A stretch of DNA of 64,000 bases. It comes from an uncultured Clostridia bacterium (GTDB taxonomy: Bacteria; Bacillota; Clostridia; Christensenellales; UBA3700). The DNA lies in assembly GCA_947037025.1 (NCBI GenBank), contig CAMQSU010000005.1, forward strand, positions 6,353 to 70,352, read 5' to 3'. How positions within the stretch are numbered: the first letter of the stretch is position 1; every line of letters begins with the position of its first letter. Shown here one piece after another: positions 18,125 to 28,219 of this stretch. The notes below the pieces were generated by a model. It was not told where the DNA came from. It saw only the letters and a list, made by a program, of their open reading frames with translations, and did not search any database. Both the position numbers and the translations under genes were made by a program.

Positions 18125-19768
18125 GTGGAAACAAAGGAAAATAGAAGAAAAAACACAAAAAAGAAATCTCATGGCATGTCAAAGACGTTAAGTATCGTCA
18201 TTTTGGTAGTCATATTTATTTCGCTTGTGTTAGGCGGAGTTTTCGCTTTCGTTTCACTAGATAATGGTGAATTGGGAGTGTACAACTATAACGCATACGC
18301 TAATAATATTAAGTTAGGTCTTGATGTTAAAGGTGGTGTGTACGCAGTATTTGATGTAGATAAAGAGGACTATATAGATGATAAATATGTAGGTGATCCA
18401 GATAATTTGGACGCTTCATTTGATGCGGCAGTAGATGGTACTGTTTCTCGTCTAACTGATTTGCTTTTCAGCAAAGGTTATACAGAGGCACTGGTAACTA
18501 CTTCTGGCACGAGTGCGGATAAAAAAATCCGTGTAGAAGTTCCGGACGTTGATGATCCTGATGAAATATTTAAGTTGATTTCTAAGCCAGCAACACTTGC
18601 GATGTATGAGGTTGCCGATGATGACGGTGATGGTGTTATGGAGAAGGTTGATCCTGATTCTGACCCACTTGTTGACGGTACACATATCGAGCTTGCAAAT
18701 GTTGGACAACAGGAAGGTAAATTCGTAATTCAGCTAAAGTTTAATACCGAAGGTACTAAAGCTTTTGCTGATGCGACTACTGCACTTTCTGGCAAAAATC
18801 TAGGTATTTACCTTGACGGAGAGCTAATCATGTCTCCAACAGTTAATGATCCTATCACTAACGGCGAGGCTGTTATTGAGGGTGAATATACTTATGAGCA
18901 AGCTTATGAGTATGCTGTTAAAATTCAGTCAGGTGCATTGCAAGTTAAACTAACAATGGACTCGTCAAGTGTTATATCAGCATCATTAGGTGATAATGCG
19001 TTGAAGCAAGGTCTAATTGCGGGTGGAGTAGGTCTACTACTAATCATCATGCTTTTATGTTACAGATACAGACTTCTAGGTGTTGCAGCAAGTATTTCAT
19101 TGATATTCTTCGCTCTAACTTACCTATTCTTCTTATCAATATTCCCTTGGGTTCAGTTGACACTTCCAGGTATTGCAGGTATTTTGCTTGCAATCGGTAT
19201 GGCGGTCGATGCCAATGTCATTATATTCGAGCGTATCCGCGAGCTATTCGCAGGCAACAATATGCGTGACATAAAGAGCAGTATTAATGAAGGATTCAAG
19301 AACTCTTTATCAGCAATCATGGATGGTAATGTTACAACTATCATCGGTGCTGTCGTTCTTATCTTTGTTGCAACTGCTACAATTAAAGGTTTCGCAATCA
19401 CACTTCTAATCGGTATTATAATCTCTCTTATTAGCTCATTGGTTTTCACGAGACTTGTTATTAAGTGCTTTACTGCAATTAATTCAAACTCTACTAAACT
19501 ATATGGTCTTGATATTAAAGAGGTTGATTACCACATTGATTACAAGAATGACGGAAGCGAGGAGCCATTTAGATTATTCAAAAAGAAATCAAAAACTTCT
19601 CTTGCTTATGCAACAGGAGTAATAGATGCAGAAGTATCTGATGAAATGGAAGTAATTAATGAATTACAACCTGCCTCTAATGTTCAAGTAATGGCGGATG
19701 CTAGTGTAATTGAAGATGATCAAAATAATGATCCAGATGATGATAAAACAACGGAGGTACAAGCATAA
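18125..19768 (+). CDS. secD: protein translocase subunit SecD (with acidic C-terminal extension)
   Basis: A GTG start follows GAGGAGG. The product has an N-terminal TM segment, a periplasmic-type domain, and C-terminal TM bundle blocks GIAGILLAIGMAVDANVIIFERIRE. Confidence 0.9.
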   Translation: METKENRRKNTKKKSHGMSKTLSIVILVVIFISLVLGGVFAFVSLDNGELGVYNYNAYANNIKLGLDVKGGVYAVFDVDKEDYIDDKYVGDPDNLDASFDAAVDGTVSRLTDLLFSKGYTEALVTTSGTSADKKIRVEVPDVDDPDEIFKLISKPATLAMYEVADDDGDGVMEKVDPDSDPLVDGTHIELANVGQQEGKFVIQLKFNTEGTKAFADATTALSGKNLGIYLDGELIMSPTVNDPITNGEAVIEGEYTYEQAYEYAVKIQSGALQVKLTMDSSSVISASLGDNALKQGLIAGGVGLLLIIMLLCYRYRLLGVAASISLIFFALTYLFFLSIFPWVQLTLPGIAGILLAIGMAVDANVIIFERIRELFAGNNMRDIKSSINEGFKNSLSAIMDGNVTTIIGAVVLIFVATATIKGFAITLLIGIIISLISSLVFTRLVIKCFTAINSNSTKLYGLDIKEVDYHIDYKNDGSEEPFRLFKKKSKTSLAYATGVIDAEVSDEMEVINELQPASNVQVMADASVIEDDQNNDPDDDKTTEVQA

Positions 19769-20823
19769 TGAAGAATATTAAAATGAACCTTGCGGGTACT
19801 AAAATTGTAGAGAAATGGAAGATTTGGTTTTTAATCCCAATAACTATTATATTGATAGCGTTAGTGTCATTCGGAATTTATGCAGGCATAAATGGCGATG
19901 CAGCTAAGGGACTAAATATTGGTATCGACTTTACTGGCGGTAACATAATAACACTTAATTACACTGCAGATATAGATGATGCAACTTACAAATCTCATCT
20001 TGAGAAAATTGACGATGTATTAGCAAATTATGATACATCAGCAAGTCTTAATCAAAAAGCTGGTGCTAAGGGAATCATTATAAGATACCCACTACTTGCT
20101 AATGATGATGTTGCAACTCGTGATGCTGTAGAAGCTGATATTGAAAAAGCTTTTTCAGGAGAGCTTGCGACGAACACTGAGGGAGAACCAGATGTACTGG
20201 TAGAATATATCGGACCTAATGCAAGCTCAACACTTGTTTTAACTGCATTCTTATCAGTACTTATATCTACATTATTAATCTTGCTATATATTATTGCTAG
20301 GTTTAGAAATGTGTTTACAGGTTTCTCAGCAGTTATCGCACTTATCCATGATGTACTTATGGTATTGTGCTTGACAACTATATTCAATATTCAGATTAAC
20401 TCGTCATTTATTGCGGCTATTATTACAGTTATCGCCTATTCTATCAATAACACAATTGTATTATTTGATAGAGTGAGAGAAAACTACAAAGCATTGCCAC
20501 TAGGTGCACCAATTAATCATAATTATATAGTTAATAAGTCTATATCTCAAACTTTATCAAGAAGTATGATTACGACTATTACAACAATGGCAGCAATCGT
20601 TATTTTTGCTATAATCGGTGTTTCAGCAATACGTGAGTTTGCACTTCCAGTAATCTTCGGACTTATTGCTGGTACATTCTCATCAGTATTCCTAGCTCCA
20701 TCAATGTACTCGCAAATGCGTGCTCTTGATGAAAAGATCAAAGTTTCACAAAAATTAAATGGCGGTAAACGCAAAAAGACTTTGAAAAAAAGCAAAGTTA
20801 AAGATAATAGCCAAGTTAGCTAA
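19768..20823 (+). CDS. secF: protein translocase subunit SecF
   Basis: The ATG overlaps the secD stop (ATAATG). Blocks GIDFTGGN and IAYSINNTIVLFDRVREN are present, and the C-terminal tail is Lys-rich. Confidence 0.9.
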   Translation: MKNIKMNLAGTKIVEKWKIWFLIPITIILIALVSFGIYAGINGDAAKGLNIGIDFTGGNIITLNYTADIDDATYKSHLEKIDDVLANYDTSASLNQKAGAKGIIIRYPLLANDDVATRDAVEADIEKAFSGELATNTEGEPDVLVEYIGPNASSTLVLTAFLSVLISTLLILLYIIARFRNVFTGFSAVIALIHDVLMVLCLTTIFNIQINSSFIAAIITVIAYSINNTIVLFDRVRENYKALPLGAPINHNYIVNKSISQTLSRSMITTITTMAAIVIFAIIGVSAIREFALPVIFGLIAGTFSSVFLAPSMYSQMRALDEKIKVSQKLNGGKRKKTLKKSKVKDNSQVS

Positions 20824-20862
20824 TTAGATAATTTGAGCTCCTTGCTTAAAACAACAATTACA

Positions 20863-20900
20863 AATATGCGACTGAGTATACTCAGTCGCATATTTTATTT
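20863..20900 (+). terminator. rho-independent terminator after secF
   Basis: A 30-bp perfect inverted repeat atatgcgactgagta / tactcagtcgcatat is followed by ttttattt. Confidence 0.85.
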
Positions 20901-20948
20901 GTAATAGCAAGGTTAAAAATATAATACAGTAAATTTACTAATTGCCAT

Positions 20949-20977
20949 TGAAAAAACTTATAAAATAGTGTATAATA
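20949..20977 (+). promoter_or_regulatory. sigma-A type promoter of recJ-relA operon
   Basis: TTGAAA (20949-20954), 17-nt spacer ending in TAGTG, TATAAT (20972-20977). Confidence 0.5.
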
Positions 20978-21123
20978 AGATGTATACTAATTATAATAAA
21001 TTTGCACAAGCCAGCATGACATGCGGCGAGATTGTAGCAAGTAAATTGCAACGGCGATATGACGCATTAGCTAAATTAATTAAGCTAGCACTTTTGCAAG
21101 CCTGCAGTTAGTTAGGAGAGATT

Positions 21124-23493
21124 ATGGACTATTTAATCAAAAGAAAGCAAGTCGATCAAAAATTAATCGAAAAAGTAGCAGAGGAGAGCGGTATATCAAA
21201 TGATATGGCGGAGATTCTTTGTATGCGTGATATAACAAACAAACAAGAAATCGAAGAATTTATAACACCGAATGTTTCGCAGCTAACGCCAGTATTAAAC
21301 TATACAGGAATGTTAGAAGCACGAGATAGGATTCGAAAAGCGATTGAAAATGATGAAATAATTCTTATTTACGGAGATTATGATTGTGATGGAGTTTGTG
21401 CAGCATCAATATTATATCTGTTTTTGCAATCTGCGGGAGCAACAGTGCATTACTTTGTTCCTCACAGAAAAAATGATGGCTATGGACTAAGCAAAAGGAC
21501 TATTGAGCATATTGCGGAGGAGTATTTGCCTGATTTAGTAATCACTGTCGACTGCGGCATTTCATCTCATGAGGAGATTACTTACGGCATTAATGAATTA
21601 GGATTAGAATTTATCGTAACCGACCATCATGAGCCGCCAGATAACCTACCTGAGTGTATTACTATTGACCCTAAAGTTCAGATGAGTGATGATACTTTCA
21701 ACGAACTTTGCGGTGCGGGTATAGCGCTTAGACTTTGCGAGGCGATAGGCGGCATGAAGGCATTAATGTATTATATTGATTTAGCGTGTATTGGCACAAT
21801 TGCGGATATCGTTCCGCTTACCTGCGATAATAGAATCATTGTAAGCTACGGAATGCAAATAATAAATAGCCGCGCTAGAATGAACACTAAACTGCTATTA
21901 GAAAGTTCAAGTATTATGGAAGGAACTAATGTAACAAGCACTGATATTGCGTTTAGAGTAGTTCCTAAAATTAATGCAATTGGTAGACTTTCAGACCCTA
22001 TGAAATCTGTTGCGATGCTTACAGATAGCGACTATTTTTTTGTGAAACACTTAGTTGAGGGCGCGACAAAAAACAATACAGATAGACAACAATTAACGGA
22101 GGATTTAACCGCCGATGCACTTATTTCGTTAGAAGATTTTGACCTGATAAATAACAAGATTATAGTATTATATAATGACAAGTGGGAAGCTGGAGTATTA
22201 GGAATAGCTTGCTCAAGACTAGTAAGCATCTTTCATCGTCCTGTAATTCTTTTAACTGCAATCGGCGATGTCTATAAAGGCTCTTGCAGAAGTATTGAGG
22301 GCGTGAATTTATATGAGTGTTTGAAAGCTACGAGCGGATATTTAAGCTCATTCGGTGGTCATAAAATGGCGTGTGGATTAAGTGTTTCTAAGGAAAATAT
22401 CGATTCATTTATTTTCGCAATTAATGAGTATATGCGATTAGCAGACAATCAATTATTTTTGCCATATAATGTTTATGATTTGCAAAAGTCAGAAAGTGAA
22501 GTGACTTTGCAGCTTACTGATGAGCTTGATAAATTAGAGCCATTCGGGAGTAGTAACCCTGTTCCGTCATTCAAAATACATAACTGGTCATGTGATTTTT
22601 CAAGAATCACTACAACAAAACATGTCAAAAGCAAACTTAATGATCAGTTTGAGCTAGTATATTTTGGCGGATATAAGGTTATGTCAGCATTAAATGATGC
22701 GCATAATAGTGATATTGTAGCGGAGATTTCTAGCAAGATTTTTGGCAATCGCAAGTATGTTCAAGGATTAGTCAGAAGCACACAAGCAAACATGAGCGAG
22801 TATGAAGGTGATGAAGATTATCTTGCAATTAAATACGCTTATAATGCAAAGTACGATGATGAAACAATATTCGACATCAATTATTTGCCGCAAGAAGATG
22901 TGGCAAGTGTCAGCAAAAACAAGCTGTTCGGCACGCTGTTTATAGCAAGCTGCACTAGCACATATAACAAGTATAGGCAGCTATTAAAGGATACTATTGT
23001 CCGTGAGGATATTCGCAATTTGAGTGAAGAAAACCCATATAATAGACTGATTTTGGATATGGATATTAGCAGCAATGTTGTATATTATAGTGATATTGTT
23101 TTTCTTGATGAACCGATAACTTTAGGAGTCATTGACTATTACAAGTTAAACAAAAATGTTCATATTCACTTTGCAAATGATAGCAAATGGACGGATGGCA
23201 CTGCACGAGTTGCAAAGTCATTCCCTGATGTTAGCGGAATGCGTGATGTGTTTATGCAGGTCAAAGACATACTTGATAAAAATCAAAAGATAACAAACCT
23301 AGCAGAGCTTTATAACATATACAAGCAAAAGATTGCGGATAATATTATCATATATTATATAGCAATGTTCGTATTTTTCGAGCTTAAGCTTATCAAGGTA
23401 AACGGCGGATTTTTGCAGGTTGATAAAACGGTCCGCACAAGCTTAGATAGCAGCATTATATACACAAAAATTAGAGAGGTAACAAATGGATAA
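21124..23493 (+). CDS. recJ: single-stranded-DNA-specific exonuclease RecJ
   Basis: The 789-aa product has DHH-family motifs IYGDYDCDGVCAA, VITVDCG and VTDHH, followed by a DHHA1-like region GGHKMACGL. Confidence 0.9.
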   Translation: MDYLIKRKQVDQKLIEKVAEESGISNDMAEILCMRDITNKQEIEEFITPNVSQLTPVLNYTGMLEARDRIRKAIENDEIILIYGDYDCDGVCAASILYLFLQSAGATVHYFVPHRKNDGYGLSKRTIEHIAEEYLPDLVITVDCGISSHEEITYGINELGLEFIVTDHHEPPDNLPECITIDPKVQMSDDTFNELCGAGIALRLCEAIGGMKALMYYIDLACIGTIADIVPLTCDNRIIVSYGMQIINSRARMNTKLLLESSSIMEGTNVTSTDIAFRVVPKINAIGRLSDPMKSVAMLTDSDYFFVKHLVEGATKNNTDRQQLTEDLTADALISLEDFDLINNKIIVLYNDKWEAGVLGIACSRLVSIFHRPVILLTAIGDVYKGSCRSIEGVNLYECLKATSGYLSSFGGHKMACGLSVSKENIDSFIFAINEYMRLADNQLFLPYNVYDLQKSESEVTLQLTDELDKLEPFGSSNPVPSFKIHNWSCDFSRITTTKHVKSKLNDQFELVYFGGYKVMSALNDAHNSDIVAEISSKIFGNRKYVQGLVRSTQANMSEYEGDEDYLAIKYAYNAKYDDETIFDINYLPQEDVASVSKNKLFGTLFIASCTSTYNKYRQLLKDTIVREDIRNLSEENPYNRLILDMDISSNVVYYSDIVFLDEPITLGVIDYYKLNKNVHIHFANDSKWTDGTARVAKSFPDVSGMRDVFMQVKDILDKNQKITNLAELYNIYKQKIADNIIIYYIAMFVFFELKLIKVNGGFLQVDKTVRTSLDSSIIYTKIREVTNG

Positions 23494-25630
23494 CAGAATG
23501 CTTGACAAAATGAAATCTCAATATCCAGAGAATCAATATGAAAAACTTTGCGAAGCATATGAATTTGCAGAGCATGCTCATGCGGGACAGCTGCGACAAT
23601 CGGGAGAGGACTATATAATCCATCCATGTGCAGTCAGCGAGATAATGATAGATTTAGGGCTAGATTATGAAACAATCATGGCCGCCTTTTTGCATGACGT
23701 TATAGAGGACACCCCATGCACGGCAGCGGAGCTTGAAGGAAAGTTTGGCAAGACAGTAGTAATGCTTGTACTTGGCGTTACTAAGCTTGATAGAGTGCAG
23801 TTTAAGTCAAAGGAAGATGAGCAAGCAGAAAACTTGCGCAAGATGTTATTTGCTATGAGTGATGACATACGAGTTATTATTATAAAGCTATGTGATAGGC
23901 TGCATAATATGCGTACGTTATCTTTTAAAACACCTGAAAAGCAAGTAATGACATCTCAAGAAACGCTAGATATTTATGCTCCAATAGCGGGAAGACTCGG
24001 CATGGGAACGATAAAAGGTGAGCTTGAAGATTTATCAATGAGATATATCGCCACTGATGAATACTATGCACTTGTAGAAAAAGTTGCTGCGAAAAAAGTG
24101 GAAAGACAAGAATTTGTAGCTAAAGTTGTATGTGAGATTAACGCAAGACTTAAGGAAATGAATATTGATAGTGAGGTTAACGGCAGACCAAAACATTTTT
24201 ACAGCATATACAAAAAAATAAAGTCAGGCAAGGAGTTTGACCAAATTTATGACCTAATCGCAGTAAGAATTGTTGTGGAAAATATCAAAGATTGTTATGC
24301 AGTGCTAGGAGTTATCCATACTATGTGGAAGCCACTGCCAGGCAGATTTAAAGACTATATTGCAATGCCAAAACAAAATAAATATCAATCCTTGCACACT
24401 ACAGTAATATCAAATTACGGCTCACCGTTTGAAATTCAAATAAGAACATCAGAAATGCATGCGATAGCAGAGTTCGGCGTTGCCGCGCACTGGAAGTATA
24501 AAGAAGGCGTTTTTGAAGGGAATCGTGATGTAGTTGATGATAGAGTTCAATGGCTGAGAAGCGTCATGGAAGTTCAGAAAGACCTTAAAGACAATGCAGA
24601 GTTTTTGCGATCGTTGAAGCTTGACTTGTACCCCGATGAGGTATTTGTATTGACACCAAAAGGTGATGTTGTTAGCTTGCCGCAAGGTGCTACTGGCGTA
24701 GATTTTGCATATTATGTGCATTCTGCAGTCGGTAATAAATGTGTAGGAATTAAGATGGATGGCAAAATTGTTCCGCTTAATACTAGGCTTACAAACAACA
24801 CAATAATAGAGGTTATTACATCAAATAACTCTAAAGGGCCAAGCCGTGACTGGTTAAAATTTGTAGTTACACCATCAGCAAGAAACAAAATAAGGACATT
24901 CTTCAAAAAGGAAATGCGTGAGGATAATATAAAACGTGGACGAGAAATGCTTGAGCGAGAGGCTAAGCATCGCAGTTACAATCTATCCGACCTGATCGCA
25001 AATGAAGAGTGGACACGCTACATGAAAACAAGATATTCACTAACTGATATGGATGATGTATATGCAGAGGTAGGCTACGGAAATTTCACTACTAACAAGA
25101 TACTGTTAAAGCTGATTGATTTTTTCAAAAAGACTATTGAAACTACTCCGTCAGTAATAGAAGTGACTAAGAACCATGACCCAAAAAGCAAGACAAATAG
25201 CGGCATATTAATACGCGGATTTGATGATTTTTTAATCAGATTATCTCATTGTTGCAATCCTGTCCCGGGTGATAAAATTATTGGTTATGTATCAAGAGGA
25301 CGAGGTGTATCCGTCCATAGAGCGGACTGTCCAAACATGAAAAATGTAGAGTTGGAGCGAATAATTGAGGCAACATGGCCAGAGCATTTGCAGTCAAAAT
25401 TCTCCGCAAATCTAGAGATTATCGGTACAAATAGAAGTCATTTTCTGCTTGATATTACAACGCTGTTTGCTAATAATAAAAAGCCGATAAATAAGGTAAA
25501 TGCACGAATCGAGAACGAACTAACTGCTATTGTAAGCATTGGTGTAGAGATTGGTGGCGTGGAAGAATTAGAAGAATTAATCCGTAAAATAAACGGTATA
25601 GATGGGGTGTCAAATGTATATAGAGTATAA
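23486..25630 (+). CDS. relA: bifunctional (p)ppGpp synthetase/hydrolase Rel
   Basis: The 714-aa product has an HD hydrolase block (HPCAVSEI...LHDVIEDT), a synthetase block (YSIYKKI...QIRTSEMH), and TGS and ACT-like C-terminal regions. The gene overlaps the recJ end by 8 nt. Confidence 0.92.
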   Translation: MDNRMLDKMKSQYPENQYEKLCEAYEFAEHAHAGQLRQSGEDYIIHPCAVSEIMIDLGLDYETIMAAFLHDVIEDTPCTAAELEGKFGKTVVMLVLGVTKLDRVQFKSKEDEQAENLRKMLFAMSDDIRVIIIKLCDRLHNMRTLSFKTPEKQVMTSQETLDIYAPIAGRLGMGTIKGELEDLSMRYIATDEYYALVEKVAAKKVERQEFVAKVVCEINARLKEMNIDSEVNGRPKHFYSIYKKIKSGKEFDQIYDLIAVRIVVENIKDCYAVLGVIHTMWKPLPGRFKDYIAMPKQNKYQSLHTTVISNYGSPFEIQIRTSEMHAIAEFGVAAHWKYKEGVFEGNRDVVDDRVQWLRSVMEVQKDLKDNAEFLRSLKLDLYPDEVFVLTPKGDVVSLPQGATGVDFAYYVHSAVGNKCVGIKMDGKIVPLNTRLTNNTIIEVITSNNSKGPSRDWLKFVVTPSARNKIRTFFKKEMREDNIKRGREMLEREAKHRSYNLSDLIANEEWTRYMKTRYSLTDMDDVYAEVGYGNFTTNKILLKLIDFFKKTIETTPSVIEVTKNHDPKSKTNSGILIRGFDDFLIRLSHCCNPVPGDKIIGYVSRGRGVSVHRADCPNMKNVELERIIEATWPEHLQSKFSANLEIIGTNRSHFLLDITTLFANNKKPINKVNARIENELTAIVSIGVEIGGVEELEELIRKINGIDGVSNVYRV

Positions 25631-26240
25631 TGATTACAAAATTCAAATAATAAAGAATGGTCCATTGCAAAATAATAGTTATGTAATAATAAAAGGCACG
25701 GATGCAGTTATAATTGATCCAGCAAGCAAAGTATGCAGTACAGAAATTGCAAGGCAAGGATTAACGGTACAAGCAGTGCTGTTAACTCACGGACATTTTG
25801 ACCATATAAAAGGTGTGGCACCATTTTTAAGTAGCGGAGTAAGCGTGTATATCCATGAGGCAGATAATGCAAAATGCAATGGCAATTTCATGAGTGAAAG
25901 GCTTACGCAGTTCAGGATTGAGCCATTTGATGCAACTGATTTTGTAGATGATGATGAGGTGTTAGAGCTTATAGGGCTTGAGATAAAAGTCATGCATACG
26001 CCAGGACATTCTTCAGGAAGTGTTTGCTATATTTTAGGTGATATAATCTTTAGTGGCGACACGATTTTTGAGCAGTCGTACGGCAGATATGATTTTGAAG
26101 ATGGCAGCCTAAGTCAGCTTAAAAATTCGATAATTGGCAAAGTTTTTGAGCTAGAAGGCGACTACCGTATACTAACTGGACACGGCGAGGATACAACGCT
26201 AAGTAATGAGCGAAAAGGCAATATGATATTATGGAGTTAA
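25614..26240 (+). CDS. MBL-fold metallo-hydrolase
   Basis: The LTHGHFDH metal-binding motif and HTPGHSSGS are present. I prefer the ATG at 25614 (GGGGTG upstream) over the track start at 25602. Confidence 0.8.
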   Translation: MYIEYNDYKIQIIKNGPLQNNSYVIIKGTDAVIIDPASKVCSTEIARQGLTVQAVLLTHGHFDHIKGVAPFLSSGVSVYIHEADNAKCNGNFMSERLTQFRIEPFDATDFVDDDEVLELIGLEIKVMHTPGHSSGSVCYILGDIIFSGDTIFEQSYGRYDFEDGSLSQLKNSIIGKVFELEGDYRILTGHGEDTTLSNERKGNMILWS

Positions 26241-27667
26241 AACTTACAACTAACAGCACATTCGAGATGGATTTTATGGACATTATAAGGCTTTTCTCAC
26301 CTCATATTGAAGTTTGCGAGCAAGGATTGCCTTGTGATATAGAGATAAAATGCTGTGAAAACGCAGGCAAAATAACAGATTATTCAACTTATAATAACGC
26401 AAAAATCACTATTAAAAGCGGTGAATACATCGCTTGCGAAAATCTAGACATAACAGGACTTTCTGATATCAAGTCAAAAAGCGAGTTAAAGCGTCTATCA
26501 AAAGTAATGCTATATGATTATATTGCAAGTATTACAGGTATAACGTTGCCGTACGGTTCGCTAACAGGCATACGCCCGACAAAGCTTTATCATGAGAGGC
26601 AGGCAGATAATGGCGATGCTTATGAATATTTCACTAATTTTTTAAGAGTGAGCAAGGAGTCCACTGATTTGATTAGCAATATTTGCGAAAATCAGCAAGG
26701 GATTTATTCGCTAGATGAGAGTGAAGTGGATTTTTTTGTAAACATACCGATATGTGTTAGTAGGTGCAGTTATTGCTCATTTATTGCAGCAGAACTTGGC
26801 AAAATTAAGCACTGGGTAGCACCGTATGTAGCGCAGCTTATTCGTGAGATAGAAAGAGCGAAAAAGCTTGTCAATCAAAGCAGCTATAAAGTACGCAGCA
26901 TATATGTTGGCGGAGGAACGCCTACAAGTTTATCAGAGAAAGATTTTAGGCGAGTTATCAGTTCGCTTGCTTCAATCGAGTGTGATGAGTTTACAGTTGA
27001 GGCGGGTAGACCTGATACAATATCGCGTGAGAAACTTGACACAATGCGTGATTCTGGAGTTACTAGAATAAGTATAAATCCACAGTCATTTAATGATAAC
27101 ACATTAGATAGTGTTGGTCGCGGTCACTCATCGCAAATGATATATGATGTATACAAAATGGCGAGAGAATACACCTTTGATATCAATATGGATTTGATTG
27201 CAATGCTACCTGATGAGAGTTTGCAAGATTTTAAATATTCTGTTGATGAGGCGGTGAAACTTGCACCTGATAATATCACGGTGCATACACTTGCAATCAA
27301 AAAAGGCAGCAAATTAAAGCTTGCAAGTTATGATAATAACGGCGATGATTTGGCGGCAAGTATGGTTGATTATTCAAGAGCTGCTATAGAGTCTGCAGGA
27401 TACAAGCCATATTACATGTATAAGCAAAAGTATATGAGCGGAAACTTGGACAATACTGGCTACATGAAAGAAGGCAAGGCGTGCATATACAATATAGATA
27501 TCATGGAGGAAACTCACACCGTAATTGCATGCGGTGCTGGGGGGATATCTAAAAGAGTTTTTCATAGCGAAGGAAGGATTGAGAGGCTTGCAAACCCAAA
27601 AGGAATGGATGTATATATGGAAAGAGAAGAAAAGATTGATGTAGATAAAAACAAGTTTTTCGGATAA
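26231..27667 (+). CDS. hemZ: HemN/HemZ-family radical SAM protein (coproporphyrinogen dehydrogenase-like)
   Basis: The 478-aa product has the radical-SAM motif CVSRCSYCSF and the GGGTPT block. The position after relA and the MBL hydrolase is a common arrangement in Clostridia as I recall. Confidence 0.7.
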   Translation: MELKLTTNSTFEMDFMDIIRLFSPHIEVCEQGLPCDIEIKCCENAGKITDYSTYNNAKITIKSGEYIACENLDITGLSDIKSKSELKRLSKVMLYDYIASITGITLPYGSLTGIRPTKLYHERQADNGDAYEYFTNFLRVSKESTDLISNICENQQGIYSLDESEVDFFVNIPICVSRCSYCSFIAAELGKIKHWVAPYVAQLIREIERAKKLVNQSSYKVRSIYVGGGTPTSLSEKDFRRVISSLASIECDEFTVEAGRPDTISREKLDTMRDSGVTRISINPQSFNDNTLDSVGRGHSSQMIYDVYKMAREYTFDINMDLIAMLPDESLQDFKYSVDEAVKLAPDNITVHTLAIKKGSKLKLASYDNNGDDLAASMVDYSRAAIESAGYKPYYMYKQKYMSGNLDNTGYMKEGKACIYNIDIMEETHTVIACGAGGISKRVFHSEGRIERLANPKGMDVYMEREEKIDVDKNKFFG

Positions 27668-27743
27668 TTTGTTAAGCTAAGTGAAATAATACATGATTTT
27701 ACTGTAGAAAAACAAAAAAACAATATAAATTTTTAAAAAGTAG

Positions 27744-27772
27744 TTTACATAATCGAATTTATGTGGTAAAAT
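27744..27772 (+). promoter_or_regulatory. extended -10 promoter of rpsO
   Basis: TTTACA (27744-27749), 17-nt spacer containing TGTG, TAAAAT (27767-27772). Confidence 0.55.
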
Positions 27773-27861
27773 ACAAATGTACCTATTACTATGTTTGTAA
27801 TTCTCCAATTGCTTACATGGTTTTAAGGAATAAATAAACTATCTTAAAGGAGATAAAAACA

Positions 27862-28128
27862 ATGGATACTAACATGACAAAACAACAAATTATTGAAGCA
27901 TTTGCTCAAAATGAAGGAGACACAGGTTCTCCAGAAGTTCAAATCGCATTACTTACAGCTCGTATTGAGTCATTAAAGGCACACTTCGCTATGCACAAGA
28001 AAGATCACCATAGCCGTCGTGGTCTATTACAAATGGTTGGCAAAAGAAGGAAACTTCTTAACTACCTAAAGAATACTGAAATCGAGAGATACAGAGCGAT
28101 ACTTATCAAATTAGAGCTAAGAAAATAA
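27862..28128 (+). CDS. rpsO: 30S ribosomal protein S15
   Basis: The 88-aa product carries [17 protein letters not shown]...[21 protein letters not shown]. An AGGAG RBS is present. Confidence 0.93.
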   Translation: MDTNMTKQQIIEAFAQNEGDTGSPEVQIALLTARIESLKAHFAMHKKDHHSRRGLLQMVGKRRKLLNYLKNTEIERYRAILIKLELRK

Positions 28129-28140
28129 CAATTAAATAAA

Positions 28141-28180
28141 TTGACCCGAATATTTTATGTTCGGGTTAATTTTTTATTTT
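28141..28180 (+). terminator. rho-independent terminator after rpsO
   Basis: Stem acccgaa / ttcgggt with flanking pairs, followed by a T-rich run (aattttttatttt). Confidence 0.85.
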
Positions 28181-28219
28181 AGCAAATATTAATAAAAATA
28201 GTAAGTTAGGAGGGATATT